A DNA stretch of 64,000 nucleotides, from the NCBI GenBank assembly GCA_951406725.2, contig OX597817.1:103540001-103604000 (forward strand). The letters run 5' to 3'. Below are positions 1 through 12,335 of the stretch, in pieces; position 1 is the stretch's first letter; each line of letters starts with the position of its first letter. Below the pieces are notes generated by a model. The model saw only the letters and a list, made by a program, of their open reading frames with translations. It did no database searches and was not told where the DNA came from. The translations under genes were made by a program, and so were the position numbers. Source of the DNA: Octopus vulgaris. Taxonomy: Eukaryota.

Positions 1-16
1 AGATCACTATTCAGAT

Positions 17-78
17 GTATTTTTTATGAATATCATCGATTAAAAAAAAACGAAGGTGATGATATTCATAAAAAATAC
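17..78. repeat. Perfect 21-bp inverted repeat (hairpin)
   Basis: gtattttttatgaatatcatc (17-37) is the exact reverse complement of gatgatattcataaaaaatac (58-78). Confidence 0.9.
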
Positions 79-92
79 CTTTCAATAGGCAA

Positions 93-140
93 TTAGGGTT
101 AGGATTAGGATTAGTGTTAGAGTTAGGTTTAGGCTTAAGG
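93..140 (+). repeat. Degenerate interstitial telomere-like (TTAGGG)n hexamers
   Basis: ttaggg ttagga ttagga ttagtg ttagag ttaggt ttaggc ttaagg. Confidence 0.75.
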
Positions 141-205
141 CATTTGATTATAATCTTGTTTTATCGGAGTTGGCTTGAATGGGGGATAAACAACAATATC
201 AACGA

Positions 206-413
206 TATCTTTTTATCTTTTACTTGTTTCACTTATTAGATTGTGGCCATGCTGGGGCACCGCATTGAAGAATTTTTAATCGAATGAATTCCCCCTAGTA
301 CTTTTCTATTTAAGCCTGGTACTTATTCTGTCAGTCTCTTCCGCCGAACCGCTAAGCTGCGGGACGTAAACACACCAACACCGGACAAACGCACATACAC
401 ACGCACACACACA

Positions 414-463
<50 letters not shown>

Positions 464-622
464 CATAAATGTATATATATATAAACAAAGGCTTCTTTCA
501 GTTTACGTCTACCAAATTTACTCATAAGGCTTTGGTCGGTCCGAGGCTCTAGTATAAGACACTTGCCCAAGGTGCCACGCAATGGGACTGAACCAGGAAC
601 CATGAGGTTGGGAAGCAGCTAC
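206..622 (-). mobile_element. tRNA-derived SINE family A (octopus-type, internal microsatellite)
   Basis: The minus strand gives a tRNA-like head (gcttcccaacc..tggttcagtccc), gcaccttgggcaagtgtc, an internal (TA/TG)n and a 3' aacaagtaaaagataaaaaga tail. Homologous copies recur across the window. Confidence 0.85.
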
Positions 623-859
623 TTTCAGTATAAGCTCGTAAAGCCGAGAGAGTAACGTGGTGCCATCGGATTCTGAACTTCTTGTTAATGACAAACTTCT
701 CTTTATTTTACCAAAAGTTATACTAACACAAACAATACAATACAGTAGAGAGATAAATATATACGTATATAAAATCAATACCCAGGATTGTAGAGTTTGC
801 AGTTACAAATTATACCACTAAAGTGAAAGAAGGATCCTTTTGATCCAATGACAGATCTC

Positions 860-1050
860 CTACGTGTCGCTCTTCGAAAAATAGCAGTCAAATCCTCCTC
901 AAATCACACTCAATTTTCTTTCACATAGGGAAGGTCTGACTGGATAAGGTAGTCCCAAAACTTCCGAGTAAAAAGAAAGGAAGAAAGATTATAACCCTGG
1001 CAATAATCCTGTTGATCATTGGGTTGTGATCTAAACAACAATAGCACCAG
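860..1050 (+). mobile_element. SINE-like family C (aaatagcagccaaatctc...aaacaacaa tail)
   Basis: The shared motif recurs at ~9700-9915, 10405-10565, 24735-24950(-), 27440-27615, 28300-28430 and 31790-31965. Confidence 0.6.
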
Positions 1051-1080
1051 CAACAGTAGCAGCAGTGACAATAAACGTAC

Positions 1081-1285
1081 AGCATTTTGAGCAGTGTGAA
1101 CTCGATCAGAGAGACGCACCGAAGCTCTGGTAATATTATACGGTGCAGTAAACCTTCAGCTGGTTGCTCGATACACTATCGACTAATTTGTATGAAATAC
1201 AAAATATCAAAACATAGTAAATTCAAAGTATTAAATTTAGGCAACATAAAGTTAAATAAACACAGACACACACACACACACGCAC

Positions 1286-1346
<61 letters not shown>

Positions 1347-1604
1347 TATCAAAGTATATAGTATTATAAATCAATTACAGCCTATCTTACCAATTGGTTT
1401 CAAAGTGTCTTTTCCATACTTGCCATACACACAGTATTACTTAAACGTACTGTAACGTAAAATCCAGTTTTAGTACCCGGTGTGAAACTGATATGTCGAA
1501 TCAGCTCTAATGGGTCTATAACACTGTATAATTTGATTAATACAGCCTCTTTATTGACAAATATACGAGTACATTTTTTTTCTGACTTATGAAGTCGTAG
1601 ACGA
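1081..1604 (-). other. Two candidate splice-compatible exons (1604-1451, 1175-1081) of an unidentified gene or pseudogene
   Basis: tttacag acceptor, a 154-bp open exon (RLRLHK...FTPGTKTGFYVT) and a GTACGT donor. A second segment (CIEQPAEG...LLKML) also ends in GTACGT and is phase-compatible, but its acceptor is weak. No recognised homology. Confidence 0.3.
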
Positions 1605-1717
1605 CTGTAAATATATGTATACACATGTATATTTATGTCTGTGTATATATGTATGTATGTATACATGCATGTACTTATGTACGTACTTATGTGTGTATAT
1701 ATATACATATATATATA

Positions 1718-1770
<53 letters not shown>

Positions 1771-2401
1771 GAAATATTAAAATAACTAAGTCTCTCTAAA
1801 AGAGAACAGCGGCAGCGTTCCCGGAAAATAATAGTTATCGCCATACTAATATGGCATTCTTATAAAAATAAGAAAAAAGCTGTCCGCTTATTAGCTCCAT
1901 GAGGCCATCGCCTTAAGTTAGCTATTTGATACACAAACTGTATCCATATAACCTTCGAACATGTATGTATGTATGTATGTATGTATGTATGTATGTATGT
2001 ATGTATGTATGTATGTATGTATGAAAATTCTTGAATGAAAGATCAAGGAGACCAGAAACACAAAGAGGACACTCTACGAGACTTTAGAGCGTGTGTGTGT
2101 GTATGTTTGTGTGTGCTTGTGTGTGCACGTGTGTGCGTGTGTCTGTACATGCACGCATGTGTGCGTTACTGAAATAAAATAATTTTAAATAATAGAGAAA
2201 TCAATATAAAGAAGAAAAATCCAATAGTTTTATTCAAAAACTAGATTAACCGTTGATTCTGGCATGACCATCCATCGATTCATTGACAGAAAGTGGATTA
2301 ATATTACCCAATGAACCAATGGTGTAGATACTGAGATAACGATGAAGAAGAAATTTTGTTTGAAGTCATTCTAGAATTATCCTCAATGCGTCTATGTTTA
2401 C

Positions 2402-2476
<75 letters not shown>

Positions 2477-2712
2477 TATGTATGTATGTATGTATTCCTG
2501 ACGTCATAAGAATTTATAAACTTTCGAGAGAACGTGAATAATTCTGTTTTGGAATTAGATCTCAAAGCACATGTACGTAAATATTGCATCGAAAAATCCC
2601 TTTTGCAGAGAAAAAGTCGATGGCTGCCTTCGACATTTTTTTACCTAAAAATGTTTCTGAACCCAATATTTACTTGTCATTTATAGCTTTATATGTACTT
2701 CGAGAACCAATT

Positions 2713-2760
<48 letters not shown>
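1261..2760. repeat. Microsatellite cluster: (CA)n, (TA)n, (TATG)n
   Basis: (CA)n 1261-1342; (TA)n ~1690-1768, 2403-2480, 2716-2758; (TATG)n 1961-2023. Confidence 0.95.
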
Positions 2761-2960
2761 CCTGTGCAATAACAGCATAGTGTACTTTCCAAAGCTCCTC
2801 TCCGTGTATCGGCTATCAAATGTTATCAAACCTCTAGTGAGCCACCAGAACATTTGAGAATCAATTTCTCGAGCCTCCAAAGTTTTATGGATACTGTTCA
2901 TCATCCACATACGAAAGCTATCTTTTCTGATAATCTTCCTATTAATTCACTGCACCTCTT
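2761..2960 (-). pseudogene. Possible decayed Ig-domain exon
   Basis: Across frameshifts it reads EKLILKCSGGS ... TERSFGKYT, resembling Ig B-strand LxC and F-strand DxGxYxC motifs. Multiple stops. Confidence 0.3.
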
Positions 2961-3089
2961 GTGTCCATAGCTTACATATGTGTGAGTGTGTGTGAATGTG
3001 CGCGCGTACATGTAAATATAAAGCAGAGAGAGAGAAAGTCTTTCTTTTAGACATGTTATTTTGAAAACACAATTGTATTACAGGTTCAT

Positions 3090-3915
3090 CATTTAATCAA
3101 GGCTTTTTATATCTTCGTATATATGTTGGAGTCATAAACTATATCAAGTCGCACATGTGCTATCGCATTAATAAACACATTAGTCATTAGTAGTTTGTTC
3201 GCCTGTGTTCATGCTTGCAGTCTGCTATTAATAAGGGTATTTTTGCTTTTACTGTCTGTTGTACATTAGTGTTAGCTTAAGGTTTGATATCGAGGTTTTT
3301 CGATAATGTATTCATCTCCTTTATAATTAGTTTGCAGTAGATTCATATAATACACTTAGAGTACTTTGTGTTATTTTTGATGGATGCCGATGCCGTATCT
3401 AATGGATTTGTTGCATTGTACTCGTGCTTCTATTTTTCTACTAGCCCAGTCTACTGGTTACTTAAGCTAGGCACAGTTGATTTTAGTGTCAAATTTATTT
3501 TGTGATTTCTTTATCTAGTGTTTCCTTTTGCAAGAGCATGTAAATGCTCTTTTAAGAAAGAGCTTTATTGCCCACATAGTGTTTTTGTGTGGTCATTTGT
3601 GTTTCTATAATGCAGTGTCTCTTTGTAATGTCTCTGTAATGCAGTGTCTTTTAACAGTGTCTTTGGTCCAAACGGACGTGATGTTATTTTCTTTATGTGA
3701 ATGTTTATGTACAGAAATGGTGTCATTGTACTGCTCGAAGTTTTAATTGTACCCTAGTTCTTTTTTGTTTTCGTCCTTCCGCTGTGTATGCTACAACACT
3801 TATATCATCCACATATCTGGTGTATGTCACATGTTCGTGTCTTCCTATTCCATTATTTTCTATTATGACTTTCTCATGATCGCAGCTGTTGTGTTGGCCA
3901 TACAAGTACCACACT
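3090..3915 (-). mobile_element. Decayed Penelope-like element (RT/thumb/linker)
   Basis: ORF 3723-3914 contains YTRYVDDISVV (RT catalytic motif). Downstream AIKLFLKRAFTCS resembles the PLE thumb region. Confidence 0.7.
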
Positions 3916-4200
3916 CATTTAGCAAAACAACATGTAATTACAACAGGAAGCATTTGCCATGCCTTATACCACACAACATAAACCAAGCCTAGATCGCAAA
4001 ACATTAGTGGATAACAAATCTATACTTTATAGAATTAACCGCGGAAATAGACAACCATGATGAAAACAACACTAGCGACATAGTACAATACTAAAGTTGA
4101 CAACATGCAACATGCACCAGTTCCAGATATTGATAGGTATCTGACTGATGGTATATAAATTTAATGGTCAAAATATCTAATTTTAACTGTAATGTCTACG
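3915..4200 (+). mobile_element. Inverted PLE 3' segment (GIY-YIG C-terminal remnant, possible hammerhead relic)
   Basis: H..HNI....LVDN..IL-like remnant on +, followed by ctgactgatgg...atggtcaaaatatcta. Highly decayed. Confidence 0.35.
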
Positions 4201-4908
4201 CCAACCATATTGGCTGTGTTTACCATAAATAGGTTGCAACACCACTTTATCCTGGAAAGGTGACTATTGAGATCGGAAAAAATAGAGTTGAGAAAAATAT
4301 ATCCGAGGAACGTTAGTTCTGCATGCTAAAAAGGAGGATTTCTAGAAACCCAGCGAGAGAAAAACAAAACATGTCAAAAGAATGGATAATCTCTAATATA
4401 CGACCAGTGACTGTCTAGCAATATTGCTCGGAACAAGAAAATACCAGAGGTGACGTTGAATTAGAACGCTGTAAGACCTTTTGCCGAAGGTGGAATTGTT
4501 TTATCAAAATATCTGAGTAGAAAGGAGTCAGATAGAGCTCCTCAGCCATACAGATGGTGGTGGGGTTATTTGAGAGAGAAGCACTGAATTCAAATCCCTA
4601 TTGTTCTGTAGGGGGACACTTTGACTGGAAAGGACTGGGAGATGAAAATATTCTCATATGAAATATGAGTTTGATATGGCCCTGTCGTCTCACTTTCTTC
4701 TTATGGCATTGGAACTTCTCCACTTAGAAATGCGAGCTCATTTCAGCATAAACAAAAATAGACACGGGTAGCTTTTGGTACATCATGTTACATTAATTAT
4801 GTCTAAGTTCTGGCTTGAAGGTCTTCTTAGGAGTCAAAAATCCATGAAAAGGAACGATTCGTATCAAATATTATTTGCATTCAAAATCGAGTGGACAGCC
4901 AGCATATC

Positions 4909-5312
4909 CTTTATCTTTTACTTATTTCTGTTACTGAATTGCGGCCATGTTGAGGCACTGCCTTAAGAGTACAGGAGTCTAGAAATCGACTCCCGTAGTT
5001 ATGATTTTTAAAGCCTGATAATTATTCTATCAATCTCCATTTGCTTGACCGCTAAGTTACAGGAGGGGCACAAACAAACCAGCACCGGTTGTCAAGACAC
5101 ACATAGATACACACACAGATACACACGCATCTATCTCTATATATATATACACACAAACGACGGTATTCTTACGGTTTCCGTCTACTAAATCCACTCACAA
5201 GGCTTTGGTCCACCTGGGGCTAAAGTAGAAGGCGCTTACCCAAAGTGCCATACAGTGGGACTGAATCCGGGACCATGTGGTTGGGAAGCAAACTTCTTAC
5301 CACACAACCAGA
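4909..5312 (-). mobile_element. SINE family A copy
   Basis: Homologous to 206-622 (gcggccatgttgaggcac, ccactcacaaggctttggtc, gggactgaatccgggaccatgtggttgggaagc). Confidence 0.85.
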
Positions 5313-5675
5313 CCTAACAATAATCTTTTGAGTTTCACTTCAAATCTTATGTTGAAACAAAGACAATGTGATTGTTATAGTCATTGTAGCCATAAAATAC
5401 ACGCATTGACTCTAATATCCATAATATGTCGAAGTCTTTCATCTTACATTTATAGCTTTTTCACAAACAGTAGTCTCAGTAACTTTGTCATAAACGAACG
5501 ACAAAAGATGTTTGACACTTTATAATAATCTAGTATTAGAGAACATAACTATATGCGCGTGTTTGTAATAACGCTGATGCGTCACAATGTAAGCGTTTTA
5601 TGGATTATATAAATTTATATTTTCGGGTTCCCAACAGTATAGAGAGTCAGTTCAGTAAATAAGAAGCATACTATA

Positions 5676-6068
5676 CCCTTTTCTACTCAAAGTACAAAGC
5701 CCGAAATTTCTGGGAAGGGCGCAAGTCGATCGATCTCAGTATGCAACTAGTACTTAATTTATCGACCTCGATGCATCAAGGGCAAAGTCACCCTGGGCGG
5801 AATTTGAACTTAGAACGGAAAGGCAGACGAAATACCTATTTCTTTATTACCCACAACGGGCTAAACATAGAAGGGACAAACAAGGACAGACATAGGTATT
5901 AAGTCAATTACATCGACCCAGTGCGTAACTGGTATTCATTTATCGACCCCGAAAGGATGAAAGACAAAGTTGACCTTGGCGGAATTTGAACTCACAACGT
6001 AACGACAGACGAAATACGGCTGCGCATTTCGCCCGGCGTGCTAACGATTCTGCAGGCTCGCTGCCTTA
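5676..6068 (-). mobile_element. Two adjacent SINE family B copies
   Basis: Both carry ggcggaatttgaact and atttatcgaccc..aaggatgaaagacaaagt. The head ggcagcgagcctgcagaatcgttagcacgcc is on the minus strand. Confidence 0.85.
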
Positions 6069-6424
6069 AGAAGCATGCTATACCAAGAGTCTAATTATCT
6101 TTAGCTATAAATATATGTAGTCTCCTATTTTAGTAGCAATGAAGTGTTGGCTCATTTATGTAATTCAATTCATCTTTCCCACTTAATTTTCTTAAAAATT
6201 AATTGCGGAGATGACTTTAAAATACACTAGAAGAAATGGAGCAGAAAGAGAGAGGGAGGAAGAAAGAGAGGGGAATGGAGAGAGAGAGAGAGAGAGGAAA
6301 GAGAGAGAAGAGGGAGGGGGAATTGAAAGAGAGAGAAAGGAGAGACAGCGTGAGAGTGAGAAAAAGAAAGAGAAAGAGATTTCAGTTTTCCAGTTGCATT
6401 TTTTTTTTGTATGAATCATTTAAT

Positions 6425-6780
6425 AGGTGCTCTGTTGAAACTTCACCTGATAACAACAGCTCGAAATGTGTTCACGGTTTAGCAATTCGTGGTAATTTGA
6501 TGAGTGAGTTGCACGGCAGTAATTGTAGAGGATTATCCTTAATACGAAGTTGCATTTCTGAGATGTGACTGATATATTTCACATGATTGATGCATTGATA
6601 CATTTAGTCGAGTATCCTTATTTTGACCGTTTAACTTTTCAGCCTTCTTCAGGTACCGTTCTCGGAATGTTTTAATTAATCCATGGGTGCAGATTTGTTT
6701 CCATTCAGTTATTCATGCCAGGGATATTCTCATATTAGTTATTCTCCTACTTGTAGCGTCGCTTGCTCATTCACTTAAAC
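6425..6780 (-). mobile_element. PLE 3' end/pLTR with degenerate hammerhead at 6625-6656
   Basis: The minus strand shows a GIY-YIG-tail-like remnant (..GMN..) and then cCTGAAGAaggctgaaaagttaAACgGTC, the minimal PLE hammerhead pattern with a damaged GAAA. Confidence 0.5.
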
Positions 6781-6794
6781 CCGAATAACACATT

Positions 6795-7005
6795 AGTTTC
6801 AAACTTTGATAAGGCCGGTAATTTTGAGGGAGCAGTAAGCCGATTACGTCGACCTCAGTGCTCAACTGGTACTTATTTTATCGATCCCAAAAGGATGAAG
6901 GGCAAAGTCGACCTCGGCGGAATTTGAACTCAGACCGTGAAGACGAAGGAAATACTACTAAACATTTTGCCCGGCGTTTTATCTATTCTGCCAGCACGCC
7001 GCGTT
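6795..7005 (-). mobile_element. SINE family B copy
   Basis: ggtacttattttatcgatcccaaaaggatgaagggcaaagtcgacctcggcggaatttgaactcag. Confidence 0.9.
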
Positions 7006-7019
7006 AAACCAGAATAACA

Positions 7020-8830
7020 TTATTTGGCTGATGCAGGGATTGAACTCACACTCACTGGCTGTGTTACTCTTAACAAATCTTGTGATGGAAATAAGGAGCT
7101 TTGAGTTTAACTTATTTTGTAGCTGCAGGTTTTATGTTCTTTGTTAATCAAAGGTGCCCATATGGGTTTTTACCCACTTGTTAGGCCTGCCTAGAAGGTT
7201 TCAAAGTCCAGCACACGTGCTGATATTCTTCGTCGTGTTATCTTTCAACGTTGATCCTTATCGATTAACTTAACTTTGTTCCACAAAGGCTGGTGACCAT
7301 ATTTTTCTGTCCACAAATGAGTAGCCATGGTGGATTTTTATATCTCTTCGTGGATTTACAACTTCACAATAATCTTCTACCTTTATTTGTAGCAGAATAG
7401 CTGATCCCACCTTTATATTCACTGTCACAACTTCCTGAAATGGATTACACACTTCTTAGTCATGGTCTCTTCTGATGGAAGCTTTGTTAGGAAGAGATGT
7501 TCCGAAGAGTAAACCAGCTCTGGATACTGGCCTGATGTTTAAACTGCAGATCCTCTTACCAAGTTTGATTATCTCATGTTGATAAAACACTTATGAGTTT
7601 TGATTCTGTACACAGTTATATGGGTGGTGGATATCAAAATTTACGTACTTTCTGGTAGCTCTGGGTTTGAGATTTGCAAATGTGACTCCACTCTGTGTGA
7701 ATTGAACTGAAAGTCTTATTGAGTTCCCATGGTTCAGCAGTACTTACATTTCTTCCTAGTAAGGCCAGTGTATGAAAATGTCCGCAACATAGCTTAAACG
7801 GCAACGACCCTTAAGCCATTTCCATACATATTTGTTTGTCATCTCAAAGCTAAATATTTTTGCTATCTATGTCAGTACCTAAATACAAGTATGTTGTTTG
7901 AACACAGAATGTCAACATGTCTAATAGATTGTCTATTGAGTTACTGATACGTTCTCCAATTGAAAGATCTGATAGCAATTTGTCACAAACCTAAGTGAAC
8001 AGTGTCGCCACTTCCAAACTCAACAAGCAGTTGGAATGTATAGGAGTGCCTTTAATTATGCCGACAAACTTGGGCAGAATTTATATATATATATATGTAT
8101 ATAGACCAGTGACTGATCTATTAGTAGGCTGATTATATCCATTAGTAATTTGATAATATTCCGCACCCTGACAACCGACTATACCTCTTAATTGACTACT
8201 GTTTTTTCCATGAATTTTCGGGAGATTGTATTATATAAACAGCGACCTACTGTAATGTTGATTGAAGAGAGATATCATATCTTACTTTCGGTTATCAGAG
8301 TTGAAAGCTTTCCTTCGGTTACCAAGGCTGGATTATTCTTTTACTTGTAGTAGCTATCGCTCCCCACTAAGTTTGCTAGTTCTTCAATCTGTCCCTCGAC
8401 ACTAGCATTTCAGCCTGTCCATCGCCATTAATGCGTTGAAATTGTCTACTGACAGTATAATTATACTGGTGTCCCTCTGCAGGAATATCAATTTGCCCTT
8501 TTTTATGATATTCAGTCCGAGAGGTTTGCTTTTCTCCAGTGCTTGACTTAGTCTTCATCTCAACCTGTCGCCCTGTGTTAGAGTATGTTTAAAGGAGCCG
8601 ACACAACTAGGCCTTTTACATCAAAGTTTGGGACCCGCTAGATGGTTGTTACGAAGTTGAGGCCTTTGTTTAGCACTGTTCCTTCAAAGGAACAGTATTC
8701 ATCAACTGACATTTACTGATGTTGACGATTTGCACTGGTAGATGGTGAAAACTGTTATGTCTCATACTGCGATTTTTCAAACATTCAAGTTTTCATTTTT
8801 TGACCAGAGTTTAGTCCTTTGGTCAGTCAA
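7020..8830 (-). mobile_element. Near full-span, decayed Penelope (Poseidon-type) element: RT + C-terminal GIY-YIG
   Basis: Ordered motif relics on minus: IVNISK..TVLNKGLNF, LQRDTSIIILSVD, LLSLEVATLFT, LSYVADIFIHWP, LLNHGNSIRLSVQFT, KYVNFDIHHP, V*SISGSCDSEYKG, MATHLWTEK..HQPLWNKVKLID. Confidence 0.8.
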
Positions 8831-8991
8831 ACAGTATATACTCCCATTCAAGGGGAATATACAAGCGGCGTCCCAAGATTATAACTAATAGGAGAAGTCT
8901 TTGGTGTGTACAGTGAAATAAGACAATTTACTTCCTTGGATTTAATAAAGAGGTCGGTTAGAAATTCTGAGAACGTTACAATTAGGACAAG

Positions 8992-9033
8992 CACCCGAAG
9001 AAGGCGAGAGAGTACAACGGTCGAAACGTTATG
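8992..9033 (+). ncRNA. Degenerate minimal type I hammerhead ribozyme (PLE-type)
   Basis: cac CCGAAGA aggc...gtc GAAA CGTT atg: palindromic AACGTT stem III, U4>C in the core and a mismatch in stem I. Confidence 0.55.
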
Positions 9034-9123
9034 AGTATAAGAGCCACGATGAGGCATTAGTTTGAATATATCATTGTATAATAACGAGGTTGGATGTTGC
9101 ACTGACTATTATATGTGTATGTA

Positions 9124-9164
<41 letters not shown>

Positions 9165-11414
9165 CAACAACTGAAACAACTAGAAATAGACAGAAATTTG
9201 AGCGTTCTATAAAAAGAATAATCAATGGTTTAAGTCTTACATGTTCTCTAGAAAAAAAACTTGAGCTTTTTCCCCAACTTGACTTTAATAGATGGCAATC
9301 AAATTGGAACTTAAAGCCTGTAGTTATCTTAAGAAAGAAAAATACGAGGAACTGGAAACCCTAGTTTTGCTGTTGGTTATTGTATAAAAATCTACTAAAT
9401 TTGCTTACCTAAATTAGGTAGCAATTTTCATCGCTCAATTCTCATTTTTTAGAATCAAACTCACACTTCCCTATCTTCTTGTATTCAATATTGAATCTTT
9501 GTTCTTCAGACATTTTTTGATTTCTTCCCACAGAAGCAGTTTCTTTCTTTCTTTTCTTTTTTTTTTTTGACTAATTATGTTTGTTTTCTATTTACCACTT
9601 CCAAGTGGATGCCTATTGCAGCTACTATTTTTGTATTATCCTCTTTTACAAGTGCTACCTTGACATATATCTACACATCTACATCCTCCTACATCAACGA
9701 GCCAACGTAGTTGTCTCTGTGATGTCGCTCGACCTCCTATAAATAGCAGTTATAATCTCCCTCAGATGATACTTTATCATCTAAAGAAAAAACACTTTGG
9801 ATCACACAGCCCTATTATGTCTGAAAAAAAAACCCGAGACGTTCATAGCTGGAATGTGTTTGATCATAGGTGAGTTCAAGCAAAGCTGGCCTATCACTCA
9901 CTGACAACAACGGCACCAAGATATGTTTTGTTACTGTTATTGTTCTTGTTGTTGTTGTTACTTCGACATTCAATACTTCTGTTGCTGTTATTGTTGTTGC
10001 TGCTGCAGCTGCAGTTGCTGCTGTAGCTATTGGTGTCTGCTATTGTCACAGCCACTGCTAATGCTACTGCTGTTGCCGATGCTCAAGCTGCTGCCATCAC
10101 AGCAGTTAATCATGTTGGAACCGGCTCTGATAATTCAACGTCAATTGCATATTTCGGTGCCAGCTGCTGCTGCTGCTCTCAATAAATCACTATTCTTGAT
10201 AAAAGTAGCACGGCAAATCTGGTAACAAAGTTGCTGCTGCTGCTGTTGTCGCTGGTGGTGCTGGTAGTGTGTGCCGCCACTACTAGAGCTGCTGTCACTA
10301 TAACCGATACAGTTATTGCCTACAACTACAGCTGCTGAAGTCCCTGCTTTTGTTTACAATCCAGCTCTTGAGACTGCAGTTATTGCTACTTACGAGTCAA
10401 CAATAAAATCCGTTTGCTAGAAACCGCAGTTAAATTATAGTGTGCCATCTTAAAGGAGAGAAGGAGACAGTCATGTAGTCCTAGAAAGATACAATGGTCA
10501 CAAATGGAAAGATCTTTTGATTACAGACATCTTCTGTCAGGCCTGACTTAGGGCTAAAAACAACAACTGCTGCTATTTATGATGCGGATGTATGTTTCAC
10601 CACAATGCTGATGTTCTTACTCTTACATGTGTGGTGTCATCTTTACTCAAACTAACCATGTGCCTCGTACGAACAATTTTGTTTCCTTCCCATAAATGAA
10701 CTACCGCGCTCGCAATTTTTACATTTTAGAATCGAAGATCTATAAACAAATTGTTTTTTTTTCTTTTTATTTTTTGTCTCTATTAGAATTGCCGTACGTT
10801 AAAATTCAAAAATTCCCAATTGAAATGTCTGTCTTTCATAATAAAAGAAAACAAAAATAAAACTAAACTACCCAGCGGCAGTTGTTAGCAACTTTCGAAG
10901 AAAAAGGGAGATAAGTAATAATTAATAGCTTAGAGTTAATATACATGCCCAGAGGAAGGAAAGTTTGACCTTTATTTGTAGGCAAACGGCAACTATAGAG
11001 GGAACTTGTTTTGGTCTGTTAGGTCAATAATTATTTATATCTCTCTTTCTACGCGTTAAATTCTTTGTCATATTCAAATTATTTGTTGCTATTCGACAAT
11101 CTTGGATAGGCGATATTATGTTAATGAGGCCTAGCAGACAGGAACATGCTCACAGTCATCCCTTGCCTGCAAAGATCTTACTTCTCTTTCTCTATACAGG
11201 TAAATATATTTTGAGATATTTTGAAGTTGTCTTCCCTTTCCTTTAAGAATCACTAACTTTGCCTCTAGGCTTTTGTTTTCTTCTTCTGACTAAGAGGAAT
11301 ATTTCAAGTAAATTAAGCATAAAAATTCTTTTGTGTACAACATTTATACATCGCTACTGAACTTAGTTAACCACATTCAAGTCCATTGGCATATTTAAAT
11401 CATCTCTATCTTAT

Positions 11415-11599
11415 TCGCAGAATCGTTAGCCCGTCGGAAAAAATGTTTTGTACCATTTCGTCTGGCACTTTATGTTCTGAGTTCAAATCCGGCTGAGCTC
11501 AAGTTTGCCTTTCATCCTTTCGAGATCGTTGAATAAAGTACAAGTTGATGTAAGTGACTAATCTCTTAACTAAAATTTCTGACAAAGAAAATTGAATGA

Positions 11600-11600
<1 letters not shown>
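11415..11600 (+). mobile_element. SINE family B copy
   Basis: gcagaatcgttagc...ttctgagttcaaatcc...tttgcctttcatcctttcg. Confidence 0.8.

Positions 11601-11619
<19 letters not shown>

Positions 11620-11676
<57 letters not shown>
11620..11676 (-). repeat. (TAA)n microsatellite (R4/Dong target)
   Basis: Pure (tta)n abutting the 3' end of the R4 copy at 11677. Confidence 0.95.
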
Positions 11677-12318
11677 CCGATTGATTTGCATTTCATTTCA
11701 TATTCCGACCGGGTCTCAACCAGAGACCTAAGGCACGTATATATTGGCTGGAGAGGTACTTCCTGAGAATGTGGGCGGTTGATGTCAACACAATCTTTTC
11801 AGTCTCATAGATTGTTGTTTTCCCAGAGATATGGTAAAAAAAAATTTGTCAGTAACTTTCTTTGATCATTCCTAGTGCACCTGCAACAACAGGGATGGTT
11901 TTGGTCTTAAATTGCCACGTCTTAGATATCTCAATTTCAAGATCCTCATATTTCGACAGTTTTTCAAATTTCTCTGCTGAGATGTTGCAATCAGAAACAC
12001 TGTCATATCAATTAACAGGCATATTTCTTTGTGTTAAGTCTTTGGTGATGATGTCTGGTTGTTAGTATTTATTTGCCTATCTGAATGTATCCCATAATCC
12101 CATAGGATTGGTCACATTTTCTCTTTCAGTGACTGGCTCTGGATGGTGTTCTTAGGGTGTGGGATATCATAGTAACGGCATATGCTCCAGTGCAAGTATT
12201 GACCAATTCGATCATGTCTGATTTTATATTCTGTAGGGGCAAGGACTGAGCAACCGGCAACAATATGGTCAATACTCCCAAGTTTCTCGTTGCAGAGTCT
12301 ACACTTTGTGTCTACGTC
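11677..12318 (-). mobile_element. 5'-truncated R4/Dong retrotransposon (CCHC + RLE endonuclease + 3'UTR), decayed
   Basis: Minus-strand relics CRLCNEK...HIVAGC, RHDRIGQYLHWSIC, PDIITKD, IPVVAGALG, EKIVLTSTAHILRKYLS. Flanked by TAA repeats. Confidence 0.9.
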
Positions 12319-12335
12319 ATTATTATTATTATCAT

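Noticed and set aside
5250-5312. tRNA genes at SINE heads
   Set aside because: A/B-box-like heads run directly into SINE bodies, and no complete cloverleaf is seen.
9920-10390. Ala/Val/Cys-rich ORFs
   Set aside because: Degenerate (GCT/GTT)n low-complexity tract between SINE C copies.
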